DNA of 64,000 nucleotides. Origin: Proteobacteria bacterium UBA5122. GTDB taxonomy: Bacteria > Pseudomonadota > Gammaproteobacteria > Tenderiales > Tenderiaceae. Below, in pieces: positions 18,201 to 27,451 of the stretch. The position numbers and the translations under genes are program-made. Position 1 is the stretch's first letter; the number at the start of each line of letters is the position of its first letter. The notes under the pieces were generated by a model. The model saw nothing but the letters and a program-made list of their open reading frames with translations. It was not told the DNA's origin and searched no databases. Where the stretch lies: NCBI GenBank assembly GCA_002415485.1, contig DHYU01000060.1, positions 8,181-72,180 on the forward strand. Reading direction: 5' to 3'.

Positions 18201-19985
18201 ATGTCGATGAATTCCCCGAGCTCAGGCCAAATCAGGTCGGATGTGTTTGATACACGGAGTGCCAGCTGGTGCACTGATATCCAGCTATGTTTGCAGGATT
18301 ATCGTGGTGAGGGCTTGTTTTCGTGCCTGGCCGCTGCCCAGGCGGTAGGTGAACGGATTGAGGCCTTGTTATCCGTGCATTCTCAGATCTTGATCGCACA
18401 TCGAGCCGCCTTGGCGGGCCAGACATCCAGCTTTGAATACGTGTTGGACGGTGATGTGTTGTTGTTGGCGGTAATGCCATTGCGCTCTGGAGATGCCATT
18501 ACCGGTACCCATGCGGTAGCACTTGATATCAGTGCCTATAAATCTGCCGAGCGTGAACGGGCCTGGTTGCAGCATCAAACCGAGTTGATTCTGAATGCGG
18601 TGGGTGAGGGCATCTACGGCATCAATGCCAATGGCAAGGCGACGTTTGTGAATCCGGCGGCCGAGCGCATGACCGGCTGGAGCGCGGAAGAGACCATCGG
18701 CAATAATATCCATTACATGCACCACCATAGTCGTCCGGATGGTTCGCCGTACCCGCATACTGAGTGCCCGATCTATCACGCCGTGCATGATGGTGAGGTG
18801 CATCATTGTGTCGATGACGAGGTGTTCTGGCGCAAGGACGGCAGTTCATTTCCGGTAGAGTATTCCAGTACGCCGATCTATGACGGTGAGTCTTTGGTTG
18901 GTGCAGTGGCGGTATTTAAAGACATCAGTGAACGCAAGCGGGCCGAGGCTGAATTGATGGCGGCGTTTCGTGAGGTAGAGCGCTTAAAAGAGCAGCTTCA
19001 GGAACAGAACGTCTATCTGCAGGAAGAGATTCGCCAGGATCACAACTTTGGTGAGATCGTCGGTGAATCGTTTTCAGTGCAGGCGATGTTGCGCAAGATC
19101 CGTCAGGTGGCGCAGACCGATGCCACGGTGCTGGTGCTCGGCGAGAGTGGTACCGGCAAGGAGTTGATCGCGCATGCGATCCACGACAATAGCCTGCGTC
19201 GCGATAAGGCGCTGATCAAGGTCAATTGTGGTGCCATTTCTGCGGGGCTGGTCGAGAGTGAGTTGTTTGGTCATGAAAAGGGTGCGTTTACCGGCGCAGC
19301 CAGTCAGCGCAAGGGGCGTTTTGAGTTGGCCGATGGTGGCACCTTGTTTCTCGATGAGGTCGGCGAGTTGCCGCTCGAGACACAGGTTAAACTGCTGCGG
19401 GTATTGCAGGAGCATGAGTTTGAGCGCGTCGGTAGTGGTGAATCGATTCGCGTCGATGTACGCATCATTGCGGCGACCAATCGTGACCTGGCCAAGGAGG
19501 TTGCGGCAGGCAAGTTTCGTGAAGACCTGTTTTATCGCTTGAACGTATTCCCCATCGATGTACCGGCGCTGCGTGATCGCAGCGGTGATGTGCCGATTTT
19601 GGCGCGGCACTTCTTGGCACAGGCGGCCCGGAGGTTTGGTAAACCGTTTAGCGGCTTTAAGGCAGGCAGCCTGGATGCGCTGCAACAATATCCCTGGCCC
19701 GGTAATATCCGTGAACTGCAAAACGTGATCGAACGGGCCGCGATTCTGGCCGATACGGCCCTGGTCGACGTTACTGACTTGCTGCCACAGACGCCGGTGG
19801 CGACGCGCAGTGTGTTGGCCTCATTGGAGGATGTGGAGCGTCATCATATCCAGCGTGTGTTGGCGCATACCGGCGGTGTGATTGCCGGGCCCAAGGGCGC
19901 GGCACTGATTCTGGGCATGCACCCGAATACGTTGCGTTCGCGTATGGTGAAGCTGGGGATTTCGTCCGGTGGCGGGGATATTTGA
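18201..19985 (+). CDS. sigma54-dependent transcriptional activator (PAS - AAA+ - Fis-type HTH), no receiver domain
   Basis: It has Walker A 'GESGTGKE', the 'GAFTGA' sigma54-contact loop, a C-terminal HTH, and a PAS domain with a His/Cys-rich patch ('[23 protein letters not shown]'). Confidence 0.9.
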   Translation: MSMNSPSSGQIRSDVFDTRSASWCTDIQLCLQDYRGEGLFSCLAAAQAVGERIEALLSVHSQILIAHRAALAGQTSSFEYVLDGDVLLLAVMPLRSGDAITGTHAVALDISAYKSAERERAWLQHQTELILNAVGEGIYGINANGKATFVNPAAERMTGWSAEETIGNNIHYMHHHSRPDGSPYPHTECPIYHAVHDGEVHHCVDDEVFWRKDGSSFPVEYSSTPIYDGESLVGAVAVFKDISERKRAEAELMAAFREVERLKEQLQEQNVYLQEEIRQDHNFGEIVGESFSVQAMLRKIRQVAQTDATVLVLGESGTGKELIAHAIHDNSLRRDKALIKVNCGAISAGLVESELFGHEKGAFTGAASQRKGRFELADGGTLFLDEVGELPLETQVKLLRVLQEHEFERVGSGESIRVDVRIIAATNRDLAKEVAAGKFREDLFYRLNVFPIDVPALRDRSGDVPILARHFLAQAARRFGKPFSGFKAGSLDALQQYPWPGNIRELQNVIERAAILADTALVDVTDLLPQTPVATRSVLASLEDVERHHIQRVLAHTGGVIAGPKGAALILGMHPNTLRSRMVKLGISSGGGDI

Positions 19986-20068
19986 TCGGTGTGATTCGTT
20001 TTTAAGTTTGCCGCCGAGCCGTTCAACTGCTCAGCAACCTTGTCCAATGACTTTCATATTCATTCGCC

Positions 20069-20088
20069 ATTCCCGCCTGTGCGGGAAT
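20069..20088. terminator. short stem-loop between convergent genes
   Basis: ATTCCCGC-ctgt-GCGGGAAT. There is no clear U-tract. Confidence 0.35.
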
Positions 20089-20125
20089 CACGTTGCGCAT
20101 TATTGATCGGCGTTTCCCTGTTGGA

Positions 20126-20890
20126 TTACTTTGTGAACGTCAGCGTGATGCTGCCGAGGCCACCGTATTCCAGTGTGAACTCGTGATCAGGCAAGACCTC
20201 ATGTACTCCTGCAAATGAACCGGTGATGACGACCTGTCCGGCCTCAATGCCGATGCCACGTTCGCGCAGAAAGTTGGCCAGCCACAGCACGGGCAGAATC
20301 GGGCCTTGATTCGGATGTGTGCCCTTGAAGGTCTTGGTTCCGCCCTGGCTCAGAGTGAACTCGATCCCGGTTGCATCAATGGCCTTTGCCTTCGGAATCT
20401 CCGGGCCGAGGTACAGGCCCTGGTTGAAGAGGCAGTCGGCCAGGTTTTCCAGATAGCTGATCTCTTCCGTACCGGCATATCGGTTTTCGATCAGTTCGAG
20501 CGCCATGTGGGTGCTGCCGATGGCGGCGATGATTTCATCATCACTGTATGCGCTGTCGCGTGGGGGCAGGGCATGGGCAAAACGAAAGCCGATCTCGGGC
20601 TCGATTCGGCAGACGCCTTTTTCCAGCCGGATCGGGCAGGGGGATAGGCGATGTACGTCATCGGAGAAGATTGGCGCCACGTTCAGTCGATCACCGGCCG
20701 GTAATACAGTCTTCCAGCCACCGACACGCGCACCTCTGATCTCGCTCATGATCTGAATGCTGGCCTGTTGGATTTTTAGTGCGTCTTGCGTCGTCTCTGG
20801 CCGCAGCTGTTGCGGCAGGCGGTCTCGATTACTGGTGTGGCGGCGGTTGATCAAATATACGGCGGCGGTGTTGATGTGGTCGGTATTCAT
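20126..20890 (-). CDS. 2-keto-4-pentenoate hydratase family enzyme (FAH fold)
   Basis: The similarity runs over the whole length (for example 'GWKTVL', 'IEPEIGF', 'VVITGS'). I chose the ATG at 20890, which is preceded by GAGGA. The longer ORF call has no RBS. Confidence 0.75.
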   Translation of the reverse strand: MNTDHINTAAVYLINRRHTSNRDRLPQQLRPETTQDALKIQQASIQIMSEIRGARVGGWKTVLPAGDRLNVAPIFSDDVHRLSPCPIRLEKGVCRIEPEIGFRFAHALPPRDSAYSDDEIIAAIGSTHMALELIENRYAGTEEISYLENLADCLFNQGLYLGPEIPKAKAIDATGIEFTLSQGGTKTFKGTHPNQGPILPVLWLANFLRERGIGIEAGQVVITGSFAGVHEVLPDHEFTLEYGGLGSITLTFTK

Positions 20891-21106
20891 CTGGAGATCA
20901 TCCTCGGCGATAAGGCGCGCCATGTTACCGCTGCTGTGATTGGAATTAAAACATCTCAATCGATCGCTATTCCCTTTTCTGTGTCTAGGGTTGTTCCGTA
21001 GGCGCAGTGGTCACGATATTTCGTGGCAGTACGAAATGCCGTGTCATATTTTGTTGGCCTTGTCGCGGTGATCCCTTTTTGTCCATCGATAACCAACTGT
21101 AATCCT

Positions 21107-21268
21107 TTGGAATATCTCGTTCTCGATGTGGTTGGCACGCTGTTTGATACAGCCTCGGTACATGCGTTGAATTGCGTATGTGTTTGTAAGAGAAGTTACC
21201 GTAAGTCCGACGGTCATTCACATGACCACCCAGGCGGTCCTGTCCGAGTCTCAATGCCGCCGATTTAA
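21107..21268 (+). pseudogene. possible remnant of a HAD/haloacid-dehalogenase-type hydrolase gene
   Basis: The frame encodes 'LEYLVLDVVGTLFDTASVHAL', which matches HAD motif I of the DxYGTLFD type. The remaining ~30 codons show no similarity, and the frame stops right at a terminator. Confidence 0.3.
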
Positions 21269-21298
21269 ACGGGGACCAGATTGTCCCCGTTCTTTTTT
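21268..21298 (+). terminator. rho-independent terminator with no intact upstream plus-strand gene
   Basis: AACGGGGAC-cagatt-GTCCCCGTT followed by C-TTTTTT. Confidence 0.7.
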
Positions 21299-21331
21299 GA
21301 CGGGTAACGCGCATTGACGAGAGGAGGATGT

Positions 21332-21754
21332 ATGAGTCGGGTGATGGTGCCGCGCAAAACCGACTGGGGGCGTTTGCTGGTGGCGATGGCGGTGGGTTGC
21401 GCCATGATCCATTTCGGTGGCGTGCTGTTGGATGTGCGCCTCGAGTATTACTACGGTCTCGATACGTTTAACTGGTTTTGGGGCTTTCAACTCTATCTGG
21501 TGCCGTTCATCACTGGGGTGGTGATCGGTTTGATCTATGGCTATGGCGCGAAGTGGATCGCGCACTTCCCGCCGTTGATTGTACTCACACTGTGCATTCT
21601 GGAGACCATGTATCTGCGTGGCCTGCCGGAGGATACCTTGATGACGCCGCTCGGCTGGTGGGGGTTTTTCGTGATTCTGGCGATGGAGTTTTGTGCCTTC
21701 GGTGGCGTGATTGGTGAGTTGTACAACAAGCGGTTTGGTTATCACCGTTATTAA
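21332..21754 (+). CDS. small 4-TM membrane protein, uncharacterised
   Basis: The ATG at 21332 is preceded by GAGGAGGA. The protein has four hydrophobic helices and is aromatic/Gly-rich. Confidence 0.5.
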   Translation: MSRVMVPRKTDWGRLLVAMAVGCAMIHFGGVLLDVRLEYYYGLDTFNWFWGFQLYLVPFITGVVIGLIYGYGAKWIAHFPPLIVLTLCILETMYLRGLPEDTLMTPLGWWGFFVILAMEFCAFGGVIGELYNKRFGYHRY

Positions 21755-21792
21755 AAAAATAAAGATGTTGTTTGTAGTCTGGGGGAGTGTGA

Positions 21793-22776
21793 GTGCCTAA
21801 ACGTACGTTTTTGCTTTGGTTGCTGTGGGTGATGGTGGCTGTGTGGGTGTATTTCTCGTTCTACGACGATACCGATGTCTGGTCGTTTGTTGAGCATGAT
21901 CAGAGTCGTATGACCTGGTTGATCATCGGCATGTTTGTCTTTGGTGTGCTGTTGAGCTTGGTCTTGTGTATTCGAGTATCGTTGGAATCGGCGCGTTGTT
22001 CTGCGGTCACTGCAATGGCGCGGGATGGTGGTTTGTTTGCACTCAAGCTGGATCGGCCACGGCGCAAGGTCGATCGTTTTTTTCGTGCCTTGCGTACCAC
22101 CATTAATGGTGATGGTCAGGCCGATATCGACCAACTCCTACGCACGGAGTTTGCCGCCTATGAGCGCAGCAGCAACAACGTGGAACTGATCGGCACCTTA
22201 CTAGTAACGATGGGTCTGATCGGTACCGTGATGGGCCTGACGTTGACGCTGGCGGGCCTGACCGGTTCACTCGATGCGCTGGGGCAGGATCAGGAAGAAA
22301 TGCTCAACAGTCTGCGCCAGGCCATGGGCGGGATGAGTACTGCGTTTTACACCACATTACTGGGGGCTGTCCTGGGCGGCATTTTGTTGCGGGTGTTTGC
22401 GCAGATCACGCTCAATGGCATTGAGGATGTCTACGACAAGATGATGCAAACCTGCCTGGTGTATTGCTCTGCCGATTATAAAAAAGATATTTCGGCTGAC
22501 GTGCGTGCACTGAATAAAGAACTGGAAATCCTGGATACCAAGATTCAATACCTGCAGACCAGTTTTGTCGGTTCGGCCCATGCCTTCAGTTCCTTTCGTG
22601 ATGAGGTGCGTCGTTTAACGGTAGGTGATCAGGGCAACGAGGGTGAGTCGTTGCAGGCCTTGATTACCCAGCATCGTCAATACTGCGACACACTGCGTGA
22701 AGAGATGCGTTTGGTGTATGCACTGAACCGGCCGTGGTGGGTACGCTTCATGAGTCTGCTGCCGGGAGGCAAATAA
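21793..22776 (+). CDS. MotA/TolQ/ExbB-family proton-channel-like protein with a C-terminal coiled-coil tail
   Basis: GTG start after GGGGAG. The topology is TM1-TM2-loop-TM3-TM4. It has the family signature pair 'MGLIGTVMGL' and 'GMSTAFYTTLLGAVLGGILLRVF', then a heptad-rich tail of ~120 aa. Confidence 0.6.
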   Translation: MPKRTFLLWLLWVMVAVWVYFSFYDDTDVWSFVEHDQSRMTWLIIGMFVFGVLLSLVLCIRVSLESARCSAVTAMARDGGLFALKLDRPRRKVDRFFRALRTTINGDGQADIDQLLRTEFAAYERSSNNVELIGTLLVTMGLIGTVMGLTLTLAGLTGSLDALGQDQEEMLNSLRQAMGGMSTAFYTTLLGAVLGGILLRVFAQITLNGIEDVYDKMMQTCLVYCSADYKKDISADVRALNKELEILDTKIQYLQTSFVGSAHAFSSFRDEVRRLTVGDQGNEGESLQALITQHRQYCDTLREEMRLVYALNRPWWVRFMSLLPGGK

Positions 22777-22777
22777 G

Positions 22778-23560
22778 ATGCTGGCGCGGCGTAGGCGGGG
22801 CACGGCCAATGTGCACGAGAGTTTTTCGGATGTGGCCTTGTTGATGCTGGCAACCTTTGTCTTTTTGCTGGTCGCGATCATTATCACTGCGCGCATGCAA
22901 GAGGGCGACAACAGCCCGTTGTTGAAGCAGAACAATGCCGACATGGCCGAAACTATCAAAAGTCTGCAAGCCGAGAACGAACGTTTATACGCAGAGCGCG
23001 AGCAGCAGTACACGGTGGATGCAGAAGAACAGATCGATGAAGTGTTGAAGATGGTGGGCTTGGATTCAGCCAGTGGGCGTAAAGACTTTGATGTCTTCAT
23101 CAATGGCCTCAAGGATATTCCCGGTGACGATATTCATTTGGTCATCGATGCCACTGGTTCCATGCATGGCGCGGCGACATTCATGGTGCCGCTGCTGCGC
23201 GTGATTGTGATTCGCACCGGAAAAAAAATGGCGGCGCTGACCTGGTTTTCAGACAACACCTCAGAGACGTATACCGGCAGCATGGGAGAGGTGTTCGATA
23301 GTTTTATGAATGGCGCGCCGTTTTTTGGCAGTGATGAAACCATAGGTGCGGCCTTTACGCGGGTAGGTGAGATGTCGCCCGTGCCAGGGGCCTACATCAT
23401 GCTGGGTGACGAGCCATCGGATGATGATATCTACTACGACAAGATAGAGGCGCCAGTCTTTCCCATCGCGATTGGACGCTCTGATCCCAATACTCACTGG
23501 GAATACGGGCAGTTGGCCGAGAAGACCGGCGGCAAATTGTTACAACTGAGATTCGAGTAG
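22778..23560 (+). CDS. MotB/ExbD-like membrane anchor fused to a coiled coil and a vWA/MIDAS-like domain
   Basis: The start is 1 nt after the upstream stop and has a GGGAGG RBS. The Arg-rich N-terminus leads into a TM with Asp at its cytoplasmic end ('SFSDVALLMLATFVFLLV'). It then has a coiled coil and 'HLVIDATGSMHG' (DxTGS MIDAS-type). Confidence 0.6.
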   Translation: MLARRRRGTANVHESFSDVALLMLATFVFLLVAIIITARMQEGDNSPLLKQNNADMAETIKSLQAENERLYAEREQQYTVDAEEQIDEVLKMVGLDSASGRKDFDVFINGLKDIPGDDIHLVIDATGSMHGAATFMVPLLRVIVIRTGKKMAALTWFSDNTSETYTGSMGEVFDSFMNGAPFFGSDETIGAAFTRVGEMSPVPGAYIMLGDEPSDDDIYYDKIEAPVFPIAIGRSDPNTHWEYGQLAEKTGGKLLQLRFE

Positions 23561-23565
23561 TTACG

Positions 23566-23994
23566 ATGCGAAACAGATACTGGTCCATAATATTGGTGAT
23601 GATTTTTGGCGGGATTGTGGGCACAGGCTGCACCGAGTTTCCAAAGGAAGAAAATGCGAAACTCACAGCTAGCCAGTTTTTCCAGATGAGGCGCGATGGG
23701 AATATTGAAGAAGCATTGAATATGTTTCGCAAAGAGGCCGAGCGCCCGGGATATTGGCGGTCTCATCTGGAACATATAGAGCAGCAGCTCGGTGTGCCCG
23801 TGGCCTACGAGTTAAAATACGTGGTGGCCAATACCCGTTATCGAAGTCGAATTTTTACCCTGGACTATTCAGTGCATTATCCGAACAAACGTATCGCAAC
23901 CGAAACTTTGACCTTGTTTAACGACGGCGAAGACATGCGTCTGCAAGTGATCGCCCACGAGATCATTGCGCCGGATTTTAAATCGCTTTATTAA
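23566..23994 (+). CDS. small lipoprotein, uncharacterised
   Basis: It has the lipobox 'IVGTGC'. It is 142 aa, lies 5 nt after the upstream stop, and is AT-richer than its surroundings. Confidence 0.5.
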   Translation: MRNRYWSIILVMIFGGIVGTGCTEFPKEENAKLTASQFFQMRRDGNIEEALNMFRKEAERPGYWRSHLEHIEQQLGVPVAYELKYVVANTRYRSRIFTLDYSVHYPNKRIATETLTLFNDGEDMRLQVIAHEIIAPDFKSLY

Positions 23995-25241
23995 GCCTCA
24001 TTCTTCACCATCGCCGCGGCAAAGAAGCCATCGGTTTGATGCAGGTGCGGATAGAGTTTGAGATAGTCGCCCATCTCCAGCTCGACCTTGGGCAGCGCCT
24101 CTGCAACGGGTAGCAGACGAAAGTCCGGGTGTTTGGCCAGAAAGGCCTGCACGATGTCTTCGTTTTCCTCTTGCAATAAAGAACAGGTGGCGTAGACCAA
24201 ACGACCGCCGGGCTTTAATAAATGCGCAGCCGATTCCAGGATTGAGGCCTGTTTGACATTTAATTCGGCGACAGCCTTGGCGGACTGGCGAAATTTCAGA
24301 TCAGGATTGCGGCGCAGTGTGCCCATGCCGGAGCACGGCGCATCAATCAGCACGCGATCAATCTTGCCATTGAGGCGTTTGATGCGCATGTCGTGTTCGT
24401 CGTTGATCAGGATGGTGGAGATATTCGATACGCCTGAGCGCTTCAAACGGGGCGATAGATTTTTCAGGCGTTTTTCTGCGACATCCAGCGCGTAGACGCG
24501 GCCACGGTTGGCCATCGCCGAGGCCAACAATAATGTTTTGCCACCGGCCCCGGCACAGAAGTCGACGACCATCTCGCCACGCTTGGCGCCGACCAACAGA
24601 CCGAGCAGTTGGCTGCCTTCGTCCTGCACCTCCAGCTGGCCATCCACAAATAGCGGGTGATCTTTGAGCTGTACCTTCTTGCCGAGTCGGATGCCGATTT
24701 CGGAATAGGGCGTTGCCTCGGCGTCGACGCCTTCGTCGGCGAACTGGGCCAGGATCTTTTTACGTTTACCCTTGAAGGTGTTGACGCGCAGATCGAGCGG
24801 TGCCGCCTGTTGCAAGGCCTGGCCGAGTGCGATGAGGTCGGCCTCCGGCCAGTCCAGTTTGTCGATCACCCACTGCGGCAGCTCGGCCTGTTGCGAAAGG
24901 CTCAGCGCCGGTGTGCGGCCCTTGAGTTCGGTGGCCAGGGTTTGTTCCTTGTCGTTCAGCAGTTCGCTGATCTCGCGCAGGTTGTGGCCGCGCAGGCGCA
25001 GCAGTGCGGCAATGGCCAGATTGCGTGGTGTCGGCTGGCTGGGTTCGAGGATGGCGCACAGCCAGTAATAGCGGCGCAGCACGGCATAGACCGTCTCGCT
25101 GATCAGTTGGCGGTCACGTGCCCCCAGCTTGCGCTGCTGGCGGAAGAAGGCCGACATCACAGCGTCGGCAGGGTGTTCAAAGCTCAGGACCTGGCTCAGG
25201 GCCTCGATCAGGCCGTGGAATTGTGGGGTGGTGATCGCCAT
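23991..25241 (-). CDS. RsmB/NOP-family rRNA cytosine-C5 methyltransferase
   Basis: It has an N-terminal NusB-like domain, the SAM motif 'VVDFCAGAGGKT', and the catalytic 'DAPCSGMGTLRRNPD' and 'LVYATCS' motifs. Confidence 0.85.
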   Translation of the reverse strand: MAITTPQFHGLIEALSQVLSFEHPADAVMSAFFRQQRKLGARDRQLISETVYAVLRRYYWLCAILEPSQPTPRNLAIAALLRLRGHNLREISELLNDKEQTLATELKGRTPALSLSQQAELPQWVIDKLDWPEADLIALGQALQQAAPLDLRVNTFKGKRKKILAQFADEGVDAEATPYSEIGIRLGKKVQLKDHPLFVDGQLEVQDEGSQLLGLLVGAKRGEMVVDFCAGAGGKTLLLASAMANRGRVYALDVAEKRLKNLSPRLKRSGVSNISTILINDEHDMRIKRLNGKIDRVLIDAPCSGMGTLRRNPDLKFRQSAKAVAELNVKQASILESAAHLLKPGGRLVYATCSLLQEENEDIVQAFLAKHPDFRLLPVAEALPKVELEMGDYLKLYPHLHQTDGFFAAAMVKNEA

Positions 25242-25410
25242 CGGGAATCGTTTCGCAGTCGGACAGGAGGCGCATTATCGCCGATTCGGGGCGGCGGCCC
25301 AAGGCCGATTCTGGGGGGGAGGCCTGAAATCCGTATCGCCCCTCTGTTTTGCCGGCGATTCAGGCTATAATTGCGCCCCTTTCCCCTAACCTATTTCTGA
25401 GATCTCGTTT

Positions 25411-26643
25411 ATGCCCAACAAACAAGACATCAAAAAAGTCGTCCTGGCCTACTCCGGTGGTCTGGATACCTCCATCATCGCCAAGTGGCTGCAAGTGGAA
25501 TACAACTGCGAAGTTGTGACCTTCACCGCTGACATCGGTCAGGGCGAAGAGCTGGAGCCTGCCCGCGCCAAGGCCGAGGCGATGGGCATCAAGGAGATCT
25601 ACATCGAAGACCTGCGTGAAGAATTCGCGCGTGATTTCGTCTTCCCCATGTTCCGCGCCAATGCGATCTATGAGGGCGAGTACCTGCTCGGCACCTCGAT
25701 TGCACGGCCGCTGATCGCCAAACGTCTGGTTGAGATCGCGCAGATGACCGGCGCGGACGCCATTTCACACGGCGCGACCGGGAAGGGTAACGACCAGGTG
25801 CGTTTTGAGATGGGCGCCTATGCGCTGATGCCGGGCGTGCACGTGATTGCACCGTGGCGTGAGTGGAGCCTGAGCTCGCGTGAATCGCTGATGAAGTATG
25901 CCGAAGAACACGGCATCCCGATCGATTACAAAAAACAAAGCAAAAAATCGCCATACTCGATGGACGCGAATCTGCTGCACATCTCCTATGAAGGTGATCA
26001 GCTGGAAGATCCATGGGTCGAGGCCGAGGAAGACATGTGGCGTTGGACCGTGTCGCCAGAGGCGGCGCCTGACAAGGCCACCTATGTCGAGCTGACCTAT
26101 CAGCGTGGTGACATCGTCGCCATCAACGGCCAGGCCATGTCGCCGGCGCAGGTGATGGAATATCTGAACAAGGTGGGCGGTGAGAACGGTATCGGTCGCG
26201 CCGACATCGTTGAAAATCGTTATGTGGGCATGAAGTCTCGCGGCTGTTATGAGACCCCTGCGGGCACGATCATGATCAAGGGCCATCGCGCGATTGAATC
26301 ACTGACACTGGACCGTGAAGCGGCGCACCTGAAAGATTCGATCATGTCCAAGTACGCCGAGCTGGTCTACAACGGTTACTGGTGGTCACCTGAGCGCCGT
26401 ATGCTGCAATCGCTGATCGATGCCTCACAAGAGAACGTGAATGGCGAAGTGCGTCTGAAACTGTACAAGGGCAATGTCTACGTTGCCGGCCGCAAGTCTG
26501 ACACCGATTCGTTGTTTGATGTGCGCATTGCGACCTTCGAAGACGATGCCGGCGCCTATGATCAAAAAGACGCGGCAGGCTTTATCAAGCTGAACGCCCT
26601 GCGTCTGCGTATCGCAGCGCGTAAGCGTGGCAACCGTTCATAA
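25411..26643 (+). CDS. argG: argininosuccinate synthase
   Basis: '[11 protein letters not shown]' and '[17 protein letters not shown]' motifs. Confidence 0.95.
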   Translation: MPNKQDIKKVVLAYSGGLDTSIIAKWLQVEYNCEVVTFTADIGQGEELEPARAKAEAMGIKEIYIEDLREEFARDFVFPMFRANAIYEGEYLLGTSIARPLIAKRLVEIAQMTGADAISHGATGKGNDQVRFEMGAYALMPGVHVIAPWREWSLSSRESLMKYAEEHGIPIDYKKQSKKSPYSMDANLLHISYEGDQLEDPWVEAEEDMWRWTVSPEAAPDKATYVELTYQRGDIVAINGQAMSPAQVMEYLNKVGGENGIGRADIVENRYVGMKSRGCYETPAGTIMIKGHRAIESLTLDREAAHLKDSIMSKYAELVYNGYWWSPERRMLQSLIDASQENVNGEVRLKLYKGNVYVAGRKSDTDSLFDVRIATFEDDAGAYDQKDAAGFIKLNALRLRIAARKRGNRS

Positions 26644-26661
26644 GAGTTTGGAGTAAAGAAC

Positions 26662-26970
26662 ATGGAATATAAAAACGCGACCATCAAACATCAGGCCAAT
26701 GTCTATCACGATGGCAAGGTTACCAGCCGTTCCATTGTCACCGCTGAAGGTGAGATGAAGACACTGGGCATCATGTTGCCCGGTACCTTCCGTTTCTCGA
26801 CCGGTGCGCCGGAAGTGATGGAAGTGACCCAAGGCAGCTGCCGCGTCAAATTGGCCGATAGCCAGGACTGGAGCGAGTATCAATCGGGTGAAAGCTTCGA
26901 CGTGCCCGGTAACTCACACTTTGATATCGAAGTGGATCAGATCCTGGATTACATCTGTCACTTTAAATAA
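26662..26970 (+). CDS. ppnP: pyrimidine/purine nucleoside phosphorylase PpnP (DUF1255)
   Basis: 102 aa. The '[13 protein letters not shown]' and 'GIMLPG.F.F.T..PE.MEV' pattern is typical of PpnP/YaiE. Confidence 0.85.
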   Translation: MEYKNATIKHQANVYHDGKVTSRSIVTAEGEMKTLGIMLPGTFRFSTGAPEVMEVTQGSCRVKLADSQDWSEYQSGESFDVPGNSHFDIEVDQILDYICHFK

Positions 26971-27064
26971 AATTTTTACCGCCAAGGCCGCGAGGTCGCA
27001 CGAAGAAAAAGAGATTTTACTTTGTGTGTCTTCGTGGCCTTTGTTGTTTTTAAAGGAGCTATTT

Positions 27065-27448
27065 ATGCGCTTACTGCACACTATGGTCCGCGTTGGCAAT
27101 TTGCAAACGTCGATCGAGTTTTATACTGAAGTTTTGGGTATGCGCCTGCTAAGGCAGAAAGACTATCCCGATGGCCGTTTTACGCTGGCCTTTGTCGGTT
27201 ACGGTGAAGAGGCGGATACCGCCGTGATTGAACTGACGCATAACTGGGATACCGATCGTTATGACCTGGGTAATGGTTATGGCCACATCGCGATTGGTGT
27301 CAGTGACATCTACGCCATGTGTGATGAGATCAAACGCCGTGGTGGCAACGTGACGCGCGAACCGGGGCCGATGAAACACGGCAGCAGCGTGATTGCGTTT
27401 GTGACGGACCCGGATGGTTACAAGATCGAACTGATCCAGCGCGCCTAA
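27065..27448 (+). CDS. gloA: lactoylglutathione lyase (glyoxalase I)
   Basis: '[13 protein letters not shown]' and '[11 protein letters not shown]' motifs. The in-frame ATG at 27065 is preceded by AAAGGAG. Confidence 0.9.
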   Translation: MRLLHTMVRVGNLQTSIEFYTEVLGMRLLRQKDYPDGRFTLAFVGYGEEADTAVIELTHNWDTDRYDLGNGYGHIAIGVSDIYAMCDEIKRRGGNVTREPGPMKHGSSVIAFVTDPDGYKIELIQRA

Positions 27449-27451
27449 GGG

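Noticed and set aside
21133-21148. Sigma54-like promoter TGGCACG-ctgt-TTGAT, close to a sigma54-activator gene and upstream of the stator-like cassette.
   Set aside because: The -12 element is TTGA rather than the near-invariant TTGC. The same bases simply encode 'VGTLFD', the HAD motif I of the decayed gene remnant, so the match is most likely coincidental.
21023-21268. 81-aa plus-strand ORF ending exactly at the terminator, considered as a real small gene.
   Set aside because: It has a GTG start without an RBS. Only ~20 residues resemble anything (HAD motif I) and the rest is Cys/His/Arg-rich junk. It is better explained as a pseudogene remnant.
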